Source of the DNA: Candidatus Latescibacterota bacterium
Lineage (GTDB): Bacteria > Latescibacterota > UBA2968
Reading direction: 5' to 3'
Assembly (NCBI GenBank): GCA_965222605.1
Contig: OZ244960.1
Span: 3,456,001 to 3,520,000 of the forward strand
Length of the DNA stretch: 64,000 nt
The notes under the pieces were generated by a model. It saw nothing but the letters and a program-made list of their open reading frames with translations, had not been told where the DNA came from and searched no databases. The stretch's first letter is position 1, and every line of letters begins with the position of its first letter. Made by a program: the position numbers and the translations under genes. This document shows, piece by piece, positions 19,853-30,734 of this stretch.

Positions 19853-21690
19853 CACATTTTCTACCAATAATGAACCAGATGCCCTTCTCCCGGCCACCAC
19901 AGCGCGTCGATGAGGAAAGACAGCACGACCCCGGCTGTATAGCCCACCAGCAGACCGAGAAACGCGGGTTTGGAGCGGCGGTAGAGGTTTACACCGCCGA
20001 CGGCCATGATAATAGATTTACACGCCCAGGCGATGAAGACGGGCATGACGAGGTGGCCGGTGTTGTCGGCTGCGGATAGCGTGAGTCCGATGGGATGCAA
20101 GGGCCAGCCCGAGAACCGGTAGCGCAAGAAGGTCAACAACGCCATCAGGCCCGCTCCGATTGCGAAGAAGACCATGCGCTCGCCGTCGGGTGCTTTGGGC
20201 GTGTGCATCATGGTCAGGGTTGATCCGTAGATGCCTTTTGGATCGCCGCTAAAAAAGGGAAAGCGCGGGAAATTGTACGCCCCGTGAGAATAGCCCAGGT
20301 GCAGGGTATAAAATACGGATGCGGCCAGGCCCAGTAAGACGCTTACGCCAGCCCAGAATAACAAGGCGCGGCGGTTGCCCTGGATGAGTTCTCCCATTTT
20401 GATCGACTGCGCCACGCCGGGCGTAAATAACCCCCGCATGTAATCGACAATGGAATAGGATAGGGCAATGCCGGTCAAGCTGCCTGCGGACATGACTTCT
20501 GTGCCGCGCATGTCCATGACAAATGCCTGCGGTGTTACCGTGGCGCCCGAATACACCATTCCGGCTTCTGATACGACCCGCGCCAGACCGATATAAATTA
20601 TGGATAGTGCGCCTAAGAAAACGAGCGCGGTTGTTATATCCATGCCGATGTGGCAGAGCCAGAAGAGGACGAAAGATAGACTTACCAAAAATACAAAGAC
20701 CACTGTGCGATAGGCCAGAACTTCCTGGGAATCGTCGGCGGGATACGCCCTTTTAAACGCTTTCAGAAAGACGTCTCGCAAATGCCACCGCGCCACCCAC
20801 AATCGCCACACCACCAGACATGCCAGCGCGCCAAAACACTGATAGGCTTCGGTGGGCGGATCGGCGCTGAACGAATCGGTTGACCGCTCGATCTGGTATC
20901 CCAGGCGGTTGAAAATGCCGCCTTCTACAACGTGTAATAGAAAGAAAAACCAGACGGAAAACAATACCTGTGTGTTGGCAAAATACGCAAAGCCGATGGT
21001 GAACAGGTTCAGGGGTTCCAAATAGACGTGGGGAGAATATCGCGTAAAATTAAACTTTCCGGCGTGGGGAAAGATCCCGATTCCGGGCATGAGCGGATAA
21101 AACCAGGATAGCGAATTCCACAAAAATAATAAAAATGGTATTGCGGCCATGATCCAGAATAGTTTGCCCCGCATAAACCCGGGTAAAAATTGTTTTGACC
21201 GCGAATCTTGTGCCATTTCCAGAGGCACGGCTACGAGGGGATAGACCAGTTTCTCGTGTTCTGCCCATTGCTTGCGCAAAATGACCATCATGCTGGCCGA
21301 GAGCGCGAATACTGCGACGATAAAGCTCGCCCACCATAGCAGGGGCATCAGCCACACTTCCCAGGGCATGGATGCGCCGGGAGGCAAGCCTTCGTAGAAC
21401 ATCCGCAGGGCTTCGGGGTCTATGGGCACGACCCAAGAATCGAGGTTCGGATGATAAAATTCGCCCCACCGATTTTCGGGTGTGGCAAAGTAAATCGGCG
21501 TGGAAATGACGCCGATGAGGAATCCGGTTACGCCCGAAGCGGGTACCACGCACCCCACCATGCCGATTGCCGCAATTGCCAGTAGTTCTGAGGGCGAAAA
21601 CGCGCGGTGTGATCCCATGATTTTCAAAATCGGGTTGACGGCTGCGACCAGCAAAACGAATACGGCCATCAATGTGAGTTGAAAAAAACT

Positions 21691-23401
21691 GAGTGTGTAT
21701 CAAAAGCAAGGCGTATGAAGGGTATAAGAAATAGGGAATTAGAATCGTGTGCAAAACATGATAGGACTCCTATATTGGCAAACATTCCGTTAGCAAAACC
21801 ATGTTTGCTTTCAAAAGGAGCCCTACCATGATGACAATATACGAAAAAGAAGCCTTGTTTGACCAGTTGGATGAAGAGTTTTCTCAAATCAAAAGGTTCG
21901 TTTGCCAAGCCGCAGGTCAAGTCGAAGTGCATGAAGTAGAGGGGAAGGTTTTTCGCCAACTTCAAGATTTGGGTCGCCAACTATTATCCCGTTTTGTCCA
22001 ATTATGTGGCACAGGGTATGAGGCAAACGGTTTCAAAGAGCAAGGTAAGGGTCAAAAGATGCGCTACAAAGGTTGCCAATCGGTCTCGTATCTGTCCATC
22101 TTTGGGTCTATCCCCATCTGTCGTGCGGCCTATGCCCGTGCCGATGGGAGCTATTTCTACCCCTTAGATGAGCACTTGAATCTGCCAGCTCACAAATACT
22201 CTTATCTGCTGTTAAAATGGTTGGCACAAGATGCGGCACAGCACGACTTTCGCCAGGCGGTGGCACGCTTCAATCAGATTTTCGATCTGTCTTTATCCGC
22301 CTCATTACCGCAGCGTTTGGGGGATGAGATCGCCGCATATGTCACGCCATTTTATGACGCACAGCCCGCGCCTGACCAGGATTTGGAAGGGAGCCATTTG
22401 GCTATGAGTGCCGATTGTAAAGGTGTACGCATCCTAAAATCTGAACGGGCAGAGGGCGCGCTGGACACACCTGCTTGTGCCAGACGAAGGCGCGGTGAAA
22501 AACCGAGCCTGAAGAAAGATGCGGTTGTCGTAACCGACTTTTCATTTTATCCGCAAGCACGCACCGCACAAGAGATAGTCAAAGGCCTCCTCAATCAGTT
22601 TACCCAAAAAGAGAAAGACCAAGCCCGGAAGAATCGCCAAAAACGCACCGCATTGGGACTTTGCCACCCCCGCGAACCCATCCACAAGCATGTCTTTGCC
22701 ACCATGAACGGGAAAAAAGAGGCTTTCGAGCATCTTATACGACACGTCCATAAACGAGACCCAACCCTTGAAAAACCGATCATCGCCCTAATAGATGGCG
22801 AACCGGCTTTAGAACGCAGACTCAAAGAATGTCTCGAAGCCTACAACATGACGGATCAACTTGATGCCATTATCTTGGATATTATCCACGCGACGGAATA
22901 CCTGTGGGATGTCGCCACCTGTTTGTATGGCGAAAAAAACAAAAAACGCACCGATTGGATGCAAGACAAATTATACGCCTTGACAAGCAGACCCGTCGGG
23001 TATCTCATCGGCGCACTCCGACAGATGATGACCAAGAATAAAATCCGATTTTCTACCTCACAGAAACAGGTGCTAAAAAAGACCATCACCTATTTTGATA
23101 ACCACCGTCATATGATGGACTATGCCACCTATCTGAAAAAAGGATATCCTATCGCTACTGGCGTCGTCGAAGGAACCTGTGGCTCCTTAGTCAAAGACCG
23201 AATGGAACAATCCGGCATGCGATGGTCTCTCTCTGGTGCACAAGCCATTCTTGCTCAACGCGCTGTTGTCAAAAATGACGATTGGAACGCATTTTGGAAC
23301 TTTTATATCGACTCTGAACACCAACGGTTATACCCCAAGGTAGGATACAAAACGCTATACCAACGAGCTGCTTAAGCTTGCCTGTCATTTTGTACACACT
23401 C
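21691..23401 (+). mobile_element. ISKra4-family insertion sequence
   Basis: Ends GAGTGTGTA...TACACACTC. 9-bp target duplication AAAAAAACT at 21682-21690 and 23402-23410. Confidence 0.9.
21801..23375 (+). CDS. ISKra4-family DDE transposase
   Basis: SADCKGV, IDGE, LDIIHATEYLW and YPIATGVVEGTCGSLVKDRMEQSGMRW motifs. Confidence 0.9.
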   Translation: MFAFKRSPTMMTIYEKEALFDQLDEEFSQIKRFVCQAAGQVEVHEVEGKVFRQLQDLGRQLLSRFVQLCGTGYEANGFKEQGKGQKMRYKGCQSVSYLSIFGSIPICRAAYARADGSYFYPLDEHLNLPAHKYSYLLLKWLAQDAAQHDFRQAVARFNQIFDLSLSASLPQRLGDEIAAYVTPFYDAQPAPDQDLEGSHLAMSADCKGVRILKSERAEGALDTPACARRRRGEKPSLKKDAVVVTDFSFYPQARTAQEIVKGLLNQFTQKEKDQARKNRQKRTALGLCHPREPIHKHVFATMNGKKEAFEHLIRHVHKRDPTLEKPIIALIDGEPALERRLKECLEAYNMTDQLDAIILDIIHATEYLWDVATCLYGEKNKKRTDWMQDKLYALTSRPVGYLIGALRQMMTKNKIRFSTSQKQVLKKTITYFDNHRHMMDYATYLKKGYPIATGVVEGTCGSLVKDRMEQSGMRWSLSGAQAILAQRAVVKNDDWNAFWNFYIDSEHQRLYPKVGYKTLYQRAA

Positions 23402-23569
23402 AAAAAAACTCAAGTTCAGTCTGGATGCATGTACCACGGTTTCGGCATACGTCACCCACAGGTTGATGAATACCACCGCGCCCAGCGCAAGCCCCACCGA
23501 GCGGACTGTTAGTCCCTTTTCCTGCAGGGGATCGGTTTCATGTACAAAATCTGTTTGTATTGCCATTTA

Positions 23570-23604
23570 AGAAGTGAGAAGTAAGAAGTGAGAAGTGAGA
23601 AGTC
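23570..23604. repeat. Heptamer tandem repeat (AGAAGTG x5, degenerate)
   Basis: agaagtg agaagta agaagtg agaagtg agaagtc, 3 bp from the start codon at 23566. Confidence 0.85.
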
Positions 23605-23702
23605 CACCCCAGTCCCCAGTCCTTGCCTTCATGCCTTTCTTCGTATCCCTTAGTGTCCTTCGCGGATCTCTCTCATCTGCGTACATCTGCGGATAACGCC
23701 TT

Positions 23703-25682
23703 TTACCACCAATGAACCGAATGCCCTTGACCCGGCCACCAGATCGCATCGACGAGAAATGACCACGCGACGCCGGCTGTGTAGCCTACGAGCAGGCCCA
23801 GGAATAGGGGCTTGGCTTTGCGGTAGAGGTTCACGCCGCCGATGCGGAGCAAAGAGGCTTTGCACACCCAGGCGATAAACACGGGCATGACCAGCGATGC
23901 CGTGTTATCCGCAGCGGAAATGGTCAGGCCAATGGGGTTGATGGGCCACCAGGAAAATCGGTATCTCAAAAATGTCAACAGGGCCATTGCGCCCGCGCCA
24001 ATGGCAAAAAAGATGATGCGGTTTGAATCGGGTGCTTTGGGCGTTCGCATCATGGTCAGGGTAGATCCGTAGATGCCTTTTGGGTCGCCGCTGAAAAAGG
24101 GGAAGCGCGGGAAATTGTACGCCCCGTAAGAATAGCCCAGATAGAGCATGAGCCATACCGAAGAGATAAATCCGGCGAGTACGCCAATGCCCACGCAATA
24201 GAATAACAGGCGGCGGTTGCCGCGGATCAGATCGCCCAATTTGATCGATTGCGCCAGTGCCGGGGTGAATAGCCCGCGCATATAATCGATCAGGGAATAG
24301 GACAATGCGATGGCCGTCATGCTGCTTCCCGAAATGACATGGGTGCCGCGCAGGTCCATCACAAATGCCTGCGGCGTTACTGTGGCACCAGAATATACCA
24401 CGCCGGCCTCGGATACGACTCGCGCCATGCCGATGTAGATGACGGCGACGCCCGACATAAAAATCAATGCGGTGCTCAGGTCCATCCCGATTTGCATGAG
24501 CCAGAATAAAACGTAGATGAGGCTGGACGACAAGATCAATACCGCCGCCCGGTAGGAAAGAATTTCTTCGCGGTCATCTACGGGATGGTTTTTGTAAAGT
24601 GCTTTGAGAACGACATCGCGTAGATGCCGCCTCGCGACCCACAATCGCCACACTACCAGACAGGCCAGCGCGCCAAAACACTGCCAGGCTTCGGTGGGCG
24701 GGTCTGCGCTGAAAGAGTCTGTTGATCGCTCGATCTGGTAGCCCAGGCGGTTAAAGATGCCCCCTTCCAGGACGTGTAATAAAAAGAAGAACCAGACCGA
24801 AAATAGCACCTGTGTATTGGCAAAATACGCAAAGCCGATGGTCAAAAATTGCATGGGCTGAATGTACATGCCTGGGGAATAGCGCGTGAAGCGAAAATAC
24901 CCCCCGTGCGGAAGGATGCCGATGCTGGGCAGGAGCGGGTATGCCCATGAGAGGGAATGCCAGACAAAAATCAAAAATGGGATAGAGGCTGCGATCCAGA
25001 ACATGGGACCGCGCATGAACGCGGGGAAAAGACGCGCAGAGAGGGCGTCTTGCGACATTTCGATGGGTACGGCGGCGATGGGATAGGCGAGTTTTTCGTA
25101 TTCTACCCATTGTTTTCGCAAAATGATCATCAGAGTGGCGGATACGGCAAATACGGCTACTACCAGGCTGCCCCACCACGCCATCGGCGCCAGCCACACG
25201 CGCCAGGGGATGGCGTTGCCGGGTAACAAGCCTTCGTAAAAGGCGCGTACAGCCTCCTGATCGGTGGGCACCATCCAGGGGTCGAGGTTGGGGTGATAAT
25301 ACTCGGCCCATCCGTTTTCGGGCGTGGAAAAATAAAAGGGAGTAGAAATTACCCCGATCAAAAATCCCGTAATGCCGGATGTGGGCACCACGCAGCCCAC
25401 GATGCCAATGGCGACAACGGATAGCAATTCGGCAGGTGCATAGGCGTAGCGGCGGTTTATAGATTTGATTAGCGGGTTGACCACTCCGATCAGGACGATG
25501 AAGATGGCGAGGAGCGTTATTTGAAATACGCTCAGGTTCAGGCGAGAGGTCTTCACCACGGTCTCGGCATACGTCACCCAAAGGTTGATGAATACCACGA
25601 TCCCAATGCCCAGGGCAACCGAGCGGAGTGTTATGCCTCTTGCAGGTTCACCTGCCGGGTCTGCTTGCAGTTCTTCGGCCAA
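23703..25682 (-). CDS. DUF6785/DUF6784-like multi-pass membrane protein (putative peptide transporter)
   Basis: 659 aa, highly hydrophobic. ITLRSVALG, LRKQWVEYEKLAYPI, WWPINPIG and YRKAKPLFLGLLVG motifs. Confidence 0.8.
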   Translation of the reverse strand: MAEELQADPAGEPARGITLRSVALGIGIVVFINLWVTYAETVVKTSRLNLSVFQITLLAIFIVLIGVVNPLIKSINRRYAYAPAELLSVVAIGIVGCVVPTSGITGFLIGVISTPFYFSTPENGWAEYYHPNLDPWMVPTDQEAVRAFYEGLLPGNAIPWRVWLAPMAWWGSLVVAVFAVSATLMIILRKQWVEYEKLAYPIAAVPIEMSQDALSARLFPAFMRGPMFWIAASIPFLIFVWHSLSWAYPLLPSIGILPHGGYFRFTRYSPGMYIQPMQFLTIGFAYFANTQVLFSVWFFFLLHVLEGGIFNRLGYQIERSTDSFSADPPTEAWQCFGALACLVVWRLWVARRHLRDVVLKALYKNHPVDDREEILSYRAAVLILSSSLIYVLFWLMQIGMDLSTALIFMSGVAVIYIGMARVVSEAGVVYSGATVTPQAFVMDLRGTHVISGSSMTAIALSYSLIDYMRGLFTPALAQSIKLGDLIRGNRRLLFYCVGIGVLAGFISSVWLMLYLGYSYGAYNFPRFPFFSGDPKGIYGSTLTMMRTPKAPDSNRIIFFAIGAGAMALLTFLRYRFSWWPINPIGLTISAADNTASLVMPVFIAWVCKASLLRIGGVNLYRKAKPLFLGLLVGYTAGVAWSFLVDAIWWPGQGHSVHWW

Positions 25683-25765
25683 TCATTTTTCCTTCTATTT
25701 CAAATGGCACACCCCGCACGGAAGTCGGATTGCATTCCAATTCCGGCGGGGTATGAAAAAAAATC

Positions 25766-27329
25766 GTAACTATTTAGGTATGTGAGTAATCAAGGGTATA
25801 GTTGTGTTCTTTCAAGACCAGTGCAAGTTCTTTCAAGACAGGGATGCGCTGTTTTCTCAAGGTTGAGAGGAAGGCTTGGAGGCGTGCATATCTCTTGGCC
25901 CCTGCCAAGGTGCGAAAGCATGTGGCGACTTTCTGTTTGACTTTTGCCGGGCGCAAGTCTCGTTCGGCTTGATTATTGGTGAACGGGACAGCATGGTGAA
26001 AGGCAAAGGCCAATACCGCGTCTTGATGTGTGATGAGCCGTTGGAGTAAGTTATAGGCACGACTACCTTTTGCCCGTCCCTTCTTGCCAGTCTTCTTGAC
26101 AGGTGGCGGTTCCTTCTTTTGGGCATAAAGGAGCAGACGTTGATAGATTTGGCGGGCTTTGGGCTGCTTCGCTTCGGGCAGATTGGTTGTGCCTTGCACA
26201 CTCATGCGATAAAGGGCTAAGAGGAAGCGGTGCATGTGCTTGGCCCATCGGCTCCCATTCTCATAGGCATCGGTGAGTTCGCGCAGGAGATGTGCACCGC
26301 AAAGACTATGGCGACAAGGCCAAGAGGTGAAATAGCTCGCATAGCTATCGTGGACGGCCCAACCGGGGAAGGTGTTAAGCACCGAATCGGCTCCTTGCAA
26401 CGCCTCACGTCCCCGTTTTTGATGCACGAACAAATGTGTCTCGTGTCCTGTGCTTGAGACATGCAGCCAGTGCAGGCGGCCTGCTACCCTCAGTCCGGTC
26501 TCATCAAAATGCGCCACCGGACTTGCCATCAGCCGTTTCTTAATCACCGATTCGGTCTTTTCTAAGCCCCGATAGGCCAAGTCCAAGGCATCCTGTTGCG
26601 TGCTTTCATTGATGCCATGCCCAAACAGGTCTTCAAACAGATGCTTGATTTTCTTGAACGGAAGCCGATAGTCCACATTGAGCAGACAGGATAAGGCACG
26701 AACACGCGACCCATATTGCACCGGCGCAGAGATAGGAGGTGGAAAGCGAGAAGTGTGATAGGCGCCACAGCGCGAACAAGAACACCCAAAGGTCTGATAT
26801 TCGGTCACCACCATACGAGGCTCTGGCAGATCAAAGCATTGGCGACGCGCAAGCAGACTTTGGGCAGCGGTGGACAAATCCTGACCGCAAGAACACTTTT
26901 CAACCCGCAGGGGAACCACCACATCCGGGGTCTCAACCTGCGACAACGTTTGACCCTTATGACCGCGCAGACCACCGCGCCGACGCTTCTGACTCGACTT
27001 GGGAAAGGCTGGCTTTTTGCGATATCCCTCGCTGGATGGGGGACGATGGCTATTCTGGCTATCTTGACCTACTTGCCGCTTGAGGCGGGCATTTTCTTCG
27101 CGTAATTGCACGTTCTCTTCGCGTAATTGCTCAGTCTCAAGACTTAAGCACTCATGCCCTGCTTCCAAGTGCTCAATGCGACTTAATAACTCATCTATGA
27201 GGTGATGAAGGCCAACAATATCTTCTGGACGACGCAATTCCACATCCTTTCATTAAACAAAACATAAATCACTCACTCAGACATAGGATAGACTTTTATA
27301 ACCCTAAACGCAACAACCTAAATAGTTAC
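25766..27329 (-). mobile_element. IS66-family element (single-ORF, ISBst12-like)
   Basis: Perfect 14-bp terminal inverted repeat GTAACTATTTAGGT. 8-bp target duplication AAAAAATC at 25758-25765 and 27330-27337. Confidence 0.93.
25774..27243 (-). CDS. tnpC: IS66-family transposase
   Basis: Coiled-coil, NSHRPPSS, Cys zinc finger, HFDETG, CGAHLLREL and FTNNQAERDLR motifs. Confidence 0.93.
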   Translation of the reverse strand: MELRRPEDIVGLHHLIDELLSRIEHLEAGHECLSLETEQLREENVQLREENARLKRQVGQDSQNSHRPPSSEGYRKKPAFPKSSQKRRRGGLRGHKGQTLSQVETPDVVVPLRVEKCSCGQDLSTAAQSLLARRQCFDLPEPRMVVTEYQTFGCSCSRCGAYHTSRFPPPISAPVQYGSRVRALSCLLNVDYRLPFKKIKHLFEDLFGHGINESTQQDALDLAYRGLEKTESVIKKRLMASPVAHFDETGLRVAGRLHWLHVSSTGHETHLFVHQKRGREALQGADSVLNTFPGWAVHDSYASYFTSWPCRHSLCGAHLLRELTDAYENGSRWAKHMHRFLLALYRMSVQGTTNLPEAKQPKARQIYQRLLLYAQKKEPPPVKKTGKKGRAKGSRAYNLLQRLITHQDAVLAFAFHHAVPFTNNQAERDLRPAKVKQKVATCFRTLAGAKRYARLQAFLSTLRKQRIPVLKELALVLKEHNYTLDYSHT

Positions 27330-27380
27330 AAAAAATCAACACCTGTGAGGACAAGGGAGATACTCCGGGTCGGACTCCTC

Positions 27381-28358
27381 CTACAATGAACCCGAGAGGT
27401 TCAGGCGCAGGGGTGGGTCGAACAAATCGCCAAAATTGCTATACGACACGTCTAAGGCGATGTGTCGGCCACCGAATTTCCCCTTGATACCACCGCCAAT
27501 ACTCCAGGTTTCCACATCGTATCTGAGCTTATAACCCGCTCGAAGCGCGATGAGGTTCTGTATCCAGAGTTCTCCGCCCAGGTTCCAGCGTTGCTCGCGG
27601 TCGGTGAAAAAGGCACCTTCAAACGAGCCGGTCAGGGATACGGGATCGCCGAGGTTGCCGTACAACTCCATGGCTATTCCGGTGTGGAATACCAGGGGCA
27701 TTTCCGATTTTTCGCTCACGATTTCCTGCTCTCCGCCCAGGTTTTTCATATTCATGCCAAGGCGCAGGCTTTGAAAGCCCGTGTACATCAAGGTGCTGAC
27801 ATTCACGGAGACTGCGCTGAGCGTCTCTGGCCCCAGCGCGGATTGGACAAAGCGCAGGGCGGCGGCTGCCGAGAGCTTGTCGGTCAATTGATAGGCGTAA
27901 ACCAGGCCGACTGCGAGGTCACCCGAGGTCACCATAGCACCCGTGCCATCTGGTTCCATGGTGGTCGTTTCGGGCATATCGGGCAGGGAAAAGTTGACAA
28001 AGGAAACCCCCAGCACGCCCCACTGTCCGGTGTTATAGGCGAGAGATCCTGTGACAAATTTCGATTCGATCAGCCATTGGGTATAGCCAAAAGTATATCC
28101 AAACTTATCTACTTTGGTCAGCCCGGCCGGGTTCCAGATAATGCCGTCTATTCCATCGGATACCGCTGTAAAGGCATCGCCCATGCCCGCGATTCGGGCA
28201 TTGTTGGTCACTTTCAGAAAATTGAATGTGGATGGCTTGATCTTACTGCGGCCCTCTGGATTCAGAATTTCCTCGGCTTCTGGGAAGAGTTCCTGTGCCG
28301 AAGCCGGAACCGATAGGGCGAGCGCCATCAAAACGATCAGCAACATCGTATTTTTCAT
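27381..28358 (-). CDS. PorV/PorQ-family outer-membrane beta-barrel
   Basis: Signal peptide. FLKV...ARIAGMGDAFTAV...WNPAGL motif. ALRAGY near the C-terminus. Confidence 0.85.
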   Translation of the reverse strand: MKNTMLLIVLMALALSVPASAQELFPEAEEILNPEGRSKIKPSTFNFLKVTNNARIAGMGDAFTAVSDGIDGIIWNPAGLTKVDKFGYTFGYTQWLIESKFVTGSLAYNTGQWGVLGVSFVNFSLPDMPETTTMEPDGTGAMVTSGDLAVGLVYAYQLTDKLSAAAALRFVQSALGPETLSAVSVNVSTLMYTGFQSLRLGMNMKNLGGEQEIVSEKSEMPLVFHTGIAMELYGNLGDPVSLTGSFEGAFFTDREQRWNLGGELWIQNLIALRAGYKLRYDVETWSIGGGIKGKFGGRHIALDVSYSNFGDLFDPPLRLNLSGSL

Positions 28359-28376
28359 AGCTTCAATCCTTGTGTT

Positions 28377-30713
28377 TTAACGGTTGATTATGAATGCGCC
28401 CTTGGTCTTGCGACCGCGACTGGAAGGCACGAGGGACTCCACCACGTAGAAGTACGCGGACGAGGTGGCCTCACCGGTGAGGAAGCGATCTTTCAATAGC
28501 CACTGTGCTTCCCCGGCCGTTGGGTCGTTGTGGTTGATTTCGGCAACGAGATCTCCCGAAACCGTGAAAATGGAGATTTTTGCCTGATGCGGCACACCGA
28601 CAAAGCGCAATTTAAGCGTGCCCTGATAATTGGATTGGGCTTGCGCCAGACTAAACGGATTGGGCACCACTACTACCGGAGTCTCCAGATTGTCGGCGGC
28701 GTCATTGGCTGCCAAAATTGGGCTGCCCGGAACGATCATGCGCTGTTCGGCTGCCGACCAACCGCTCTCCAAGCCGTTTTCCGTGAGGTGTTTGCGTATG
28801 GTCTCGGGCAAATCGGCAAGGGTTTTGGAGCCTTCGGACCAGGACGATTTGGGGCTGGCAACAGAGCGCACATTGTAGGCAAATTGGAATCCAGCCAGCG
28901 AATTTTCATCCACCCAGGTGTACGTGCCGCCCTGGTCGGCTGAGACCTCGCCCACCAGTTCCCACGGCCCGGTCTCTTGCCAGATCGAGCGATAGATCCG
29001 ATAGCCGGTCACATCGGCCTGGCCGTATTCGGGGTTGATGGCTTTTTCGGCGGCATCTGACCACGTCAGCGTAATTTTGGCCTGGGCATTGCTCCCCTGG
29101 AAAAAATCTACATCCGGGGGGGCGTTGGGTATCTGGTACTCGTTGTCATAGGCAAATTGCGCGTGGTTTAGATGCCGCAGCATGGCCTCTTCGCCTTTGG
29201 CCAAAAGCGATTTGCGGGCGTCTGGTCCAACATCGCCCACGTTCCACGACCACCTGGTGATGTCATGGGCATAACCCGTCTGGCTGTTGATGTCAAATTC
29301 GGCGGATGATCCAAATCCGTAGGCCAGCACGATTTTGGCTTTTTGCCCGGGTGACAGGCTATACGGACCAAAGATCATGTCTTCCCACTGCATCTGTTCA
29401 GAGGGCGGATTGTCCATTGTGGGCGAGGTAAAAAAGTCGTATTGGGCGCCCATGCTCAATGCGCCCCGTGTGGGGTCGTCGATGTTGCGGCGGCCAAATA
29501 CTTCATACCAGTGCGACAGGGGTTCGCCCTGTGGATCGACAAAGCCCTCTGTTGCGTCTGCGGCGTTGAACATGTGACTCGCTCCGGCATTGCGAAACGC
29601 CAGGGGCGCCATAAACTGATAGGCTGGCGCAATGGGCATGCCCTCGGGCCTGCTCCTGCTGCCCGGGAAGCCCCGCGCCTCCAGGTCCGAGAAGTAGGGG
29701 TCGCCCGTGTCTTCTTCAAAGCTGGACGGGGAATTGCCATCCCACTGGTACATGACGTATTTGCCCTGAAAATCCGCAGGCGACAGCCCGCTCAGGGAAT
29801 TGTTTGCGAAGTTGGATGCCTCGCTATAGCGATAGTGGTCGTCCAGCGCCTGCGTGCGGCGATAGGTAATCAGGCCACCTTCGTGCCCATAGCGATAGGC
29901 CGTGCCCGCATTGTTCACATACATCGAGTTCATCACGCCAAGGTAGGTATTGTCGAGTTGCTGTCCGCCCCGGTTCTCAAACTCGAGTTCGATGATAAAA
30001 AAGTCGTCGAAATCCTGATGGCTCCACGCATGTGCTCTGCGCGTTACCACGACATTGTGTTGCGTCTGCCACTGCGTAATATGGATTTCCTCACCTGCAT
30101 TTTGCACGGGCGGATAAATGCCATAATCGAAGTTGTGAATTTCGTAGGGGCGCAAGTTGGCCGGGTCAACGGATTGAGGCGTGGCCCCCTGCCACCAGTT
30201 GGAGGTGGCTGTGCCCGGCCCTACCCCGCGGTTGGGTACCAGGGTCTGAATACCCCACGAGGCTTCTTTTGAGTTGGCGATGTCGTAATTCAACGGCACC
30301 ACGTCTTCGGTGGGTGTGCGCGGGCCTGTGACCGATACGTACTTTTCACCGTCCACATTGGTCAATACCAGCACACCTTCACCGGCCGAGTGCATGTTTG
30401 TAAAGCCCTTTTGCGCGGATGAGCCCCAGGCTTTGTCGCCCCAGTATTCCACAAATTCTTCGGTGCCTAACAGGGCGTACAATGAATACAATTCGCCCGG
30501 GTAGGACATTCTCATCATCACCCGAGAGGGCGTTACCTGATAGTGCATGCTCGAGGTACCGGAGTTGGTAAACGAGAGCCACACCAGCGACCGGGTCATG
30601 TGCCGCGACGCGCTATAGACCACCTGCGCTTGCGAATCTATTGTGCCGATTGAAATGAGGCACAGTACCATCAGACCCGACAGCCATTGGTTTTTCAAAT
30701 TTTTCAGAAACAT
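28377..30713 (-). CDS. Secreted protein with FN3-like domain and T9SS-CTD/FlgD-like C-terminal domain
   Basis: Signal peptide. GYRIYRS. C-terminal VVVVPNPF...LRFVGVP..AKISIFTVSGDLV...GAFIINR. Confidence 0.75.
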   Translation of the reverse strand: MFLKNLKNQWLSGLMVLCLISIGTIDSQAQVVYSASRHMTRSLVWLSFTNSGTSSMHYQVTPSRVMMRMSYPGELYSLYALLGTEEFVEYWGDKAWGSSAQKGFTNMHSAGEGVLVLTNVDGEKYVSVTGPRTPTEDVVPLNYDIANSKEASWGIQTLVPNRGVGPGTATSNWWQGATPQSVDPANLRPYEIHNFDYGIYPPVQNAGEEIHITQWQTQHNVVVTRRAHAWSHQDFDDFFIIELEFENRGGQQLDNTYLGVMNSMYVNNAGTAYRYGHEGGLITYRRTQALDDHYRYSEASNFANNSLSGLSPADFQGKYVMYQWDGNSPSSFEEDTGDPYFSDLEARGFPGSRSRPEGMPIAPAYQFMAPLAFRNAGASHMFNAADATEGFVDPQGEPLSHWYEVFGRRNIDDPTRGALSMGAQYDFFTSPTMDNPPSEQMQWEDMIFGPYSLSPGQKAKIVLAYGFGSSAEFDINSQTGYAHDITRWSWNVGDVGPDARKSLLAKGEEAMLRHLNHAQFAYDNEYQIPNAPPDVDFFQGSNAQAKITLTWSDAAEKAINPEYGQADVTGYRIYRSIWQETGPWELVGEVSADQGGTYTWVDENSLAGFQFAYNVRSVASPKSSWSEGSKTLADLPETIRKHLTENGLESGWSAAEQRMIVPGSPILAANDAADNLETPVVVVPNPFSLAQAQSNYQGTLKLRFVGVPHQAKISIFTVSGDLVAEINHNDPTAGEAQWLLKDRFLTGEATSSAYFYVVESLVPSSRGRKTKGAFIINR

Positions 30714-30734
30714 AGATATGATCCTCCTGTCAAA

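Larger units (their letters stand above)
19861..23566 (-). pseudogene. DUF6785/DUF6784-like multi-pass membrane protein (putative peptide transporter) split by ISKra4
   Basis: N-terminal part 23402-23566 (...SRLNLSFF) continues as QLTLMAVFVLL below 21682. Paralogous to 23703..25682 and 37244..39226. Confidence 0.88.
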
